From assembly GCA_964423635.1 (NCBI GenBank), contig CAYRFY010000006.1:1-34864 (forward strand): 34,864 nucleotides of DNA. Reading direction: 5' to 3'. This DNA comes from an uncultured Armatimonadia bacterium (GTDB taxonomy: Bacteria > Armatimonadota > Zipacnadia > Zipacnadales > JABUFB01). The number at the start of each line of letters is the position of its first letter. Position 1 is the stretch's first letter. Positions 34,569 to 34,864 of the stretch are shown here, piece after piece. The notes below the pieces were generated by a model that made no database searches, was not told the origin of the DNA, and saw only the letters and a program-made list of their open reading frames with translations. The translations under genes and the position numbers were made by a program.

Positions 34569-34797
34569 GTGGGAAAGTCCCCTGCCGGCCCACGGGCAAT
34601 CTGGGCCGCGAAATGACAAAGCCACCCCGTTCAGACGCGAAGTCAGACTCAGCGCGTGTCTCAGGAGGTGGCCTACCGTCCACGTTAGCGACTGCGGCGG
34701 CGGTTGTCAATGGGTTTGGGCCGAGCAGGAGGGCAGGTGGCGTGTGCCCTCTCTGTAGGGCGCGGGCCTGTACCGCGCCGGACGTTGCCGTCTGCCG

Positions 34798-34864
34798 TTG
34801 ACGTTGCGATTGACGTTGCGATTGACGTTGCGATTGACGTTGCGATTGACGTTGCGATTGACGT
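34798..34864. repeat. Perfect 12-bp tandem repeat (TTGACGTTGCGA), 5 full copies plus a 7-nt partial copy cut by the window end
   Basis: Read directly from the sequence. The copies are at 34798-34809, 34810-34821, 34822-34833, 34834-34845 and 34846-34857, with a partial copy at 34858-34864. Degenerate related copies precede them (gacgttgccgtctgccg, 34781-34797). Confidence 0.95.

Noticed and set aside
34798-34864. Possibility that the terminal repeat is a CRISPR array
   Set aside because: The units are only 12 bp and directly abut with no spacers, and no cas genes are in the window. It is a simple tandem repeat.

Overview
The window is GC-rich bacterial DNA (roughly two-thirds G+C by eye, not computed) and may be a whole metagenomic contig: it starts inside a gene and ends inside a tandem repeat. 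No homology search was run, so every family call rests on motifs I read in the translations. Because of the high GC, most long ORFs in the supplied track are antisense or off-frame shadows. I accept 18 CDSs, chosen by recognisable motifs, signal peptides and AGGAG-type ribosome-binding sites.

Thirteen of them form one co-directional minus-strand array (nt 1-27769) of mostly secreted carbohydrate-active enzymes:
- an SGNH plus alpha/beta-hydrolase fusion esterase, truncated at nt 1 and absent from the ORF track
- a DUF4838-like protein with a LamG insertion
- a GH5-like clan GH-A hydrolase
- a Tat-exported alpha/beta-hydrolase
- a CBM4_9-like plus beta-propeller hydrolase
- a DapA/NanA-family aldolase overlapping an Amidohydro_2-type hydrolase
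- a BNR/Asp-box sialidase-like protein
- a Sec-exported FAD-oxidoreductase-like protein with a discoidin module
- a PHP phosphoesterase
- a 1411-aa PcRGLX/YetA-like protein with a CBM6/35-like tail
- a heparinase II/III-like lyase
- a DUF4861-like protein

The right-hand 7 kb holds a polytopic membrane protein, an M14 carboxypeptidase-like protein, a TIM-barrel hydrolase-like protein with an inserted discoidin-like domain, a 75-aa Cys-rich zinc-ribbon ORF and an MFS transporter fused to a HEAT-repeat domain.

I saw no rRNA, tRNA, CRISPR array, transposase, integrase, phage gene or recognisable defence or toxin module. I therefore cannot point to a clear-cut new system of that kind. The best candidates for novelty are:
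1. the lyase-rich glycan locus, which lacks the usual downstream enzymes, regulator and outer-membrane transporter
2. the sialidase-like / amidohydrolase / aldolase sub-module
3. the exported flavoprotein-like enzyme
4. the MFS-HEAT-TM fusion and its neighbouring zinc-ribbon ORF
5. a GTCAACG/TTGACGT-type motif that recurs in intergenic spacers and expands into a perfect 12-bp tandem array at the window end
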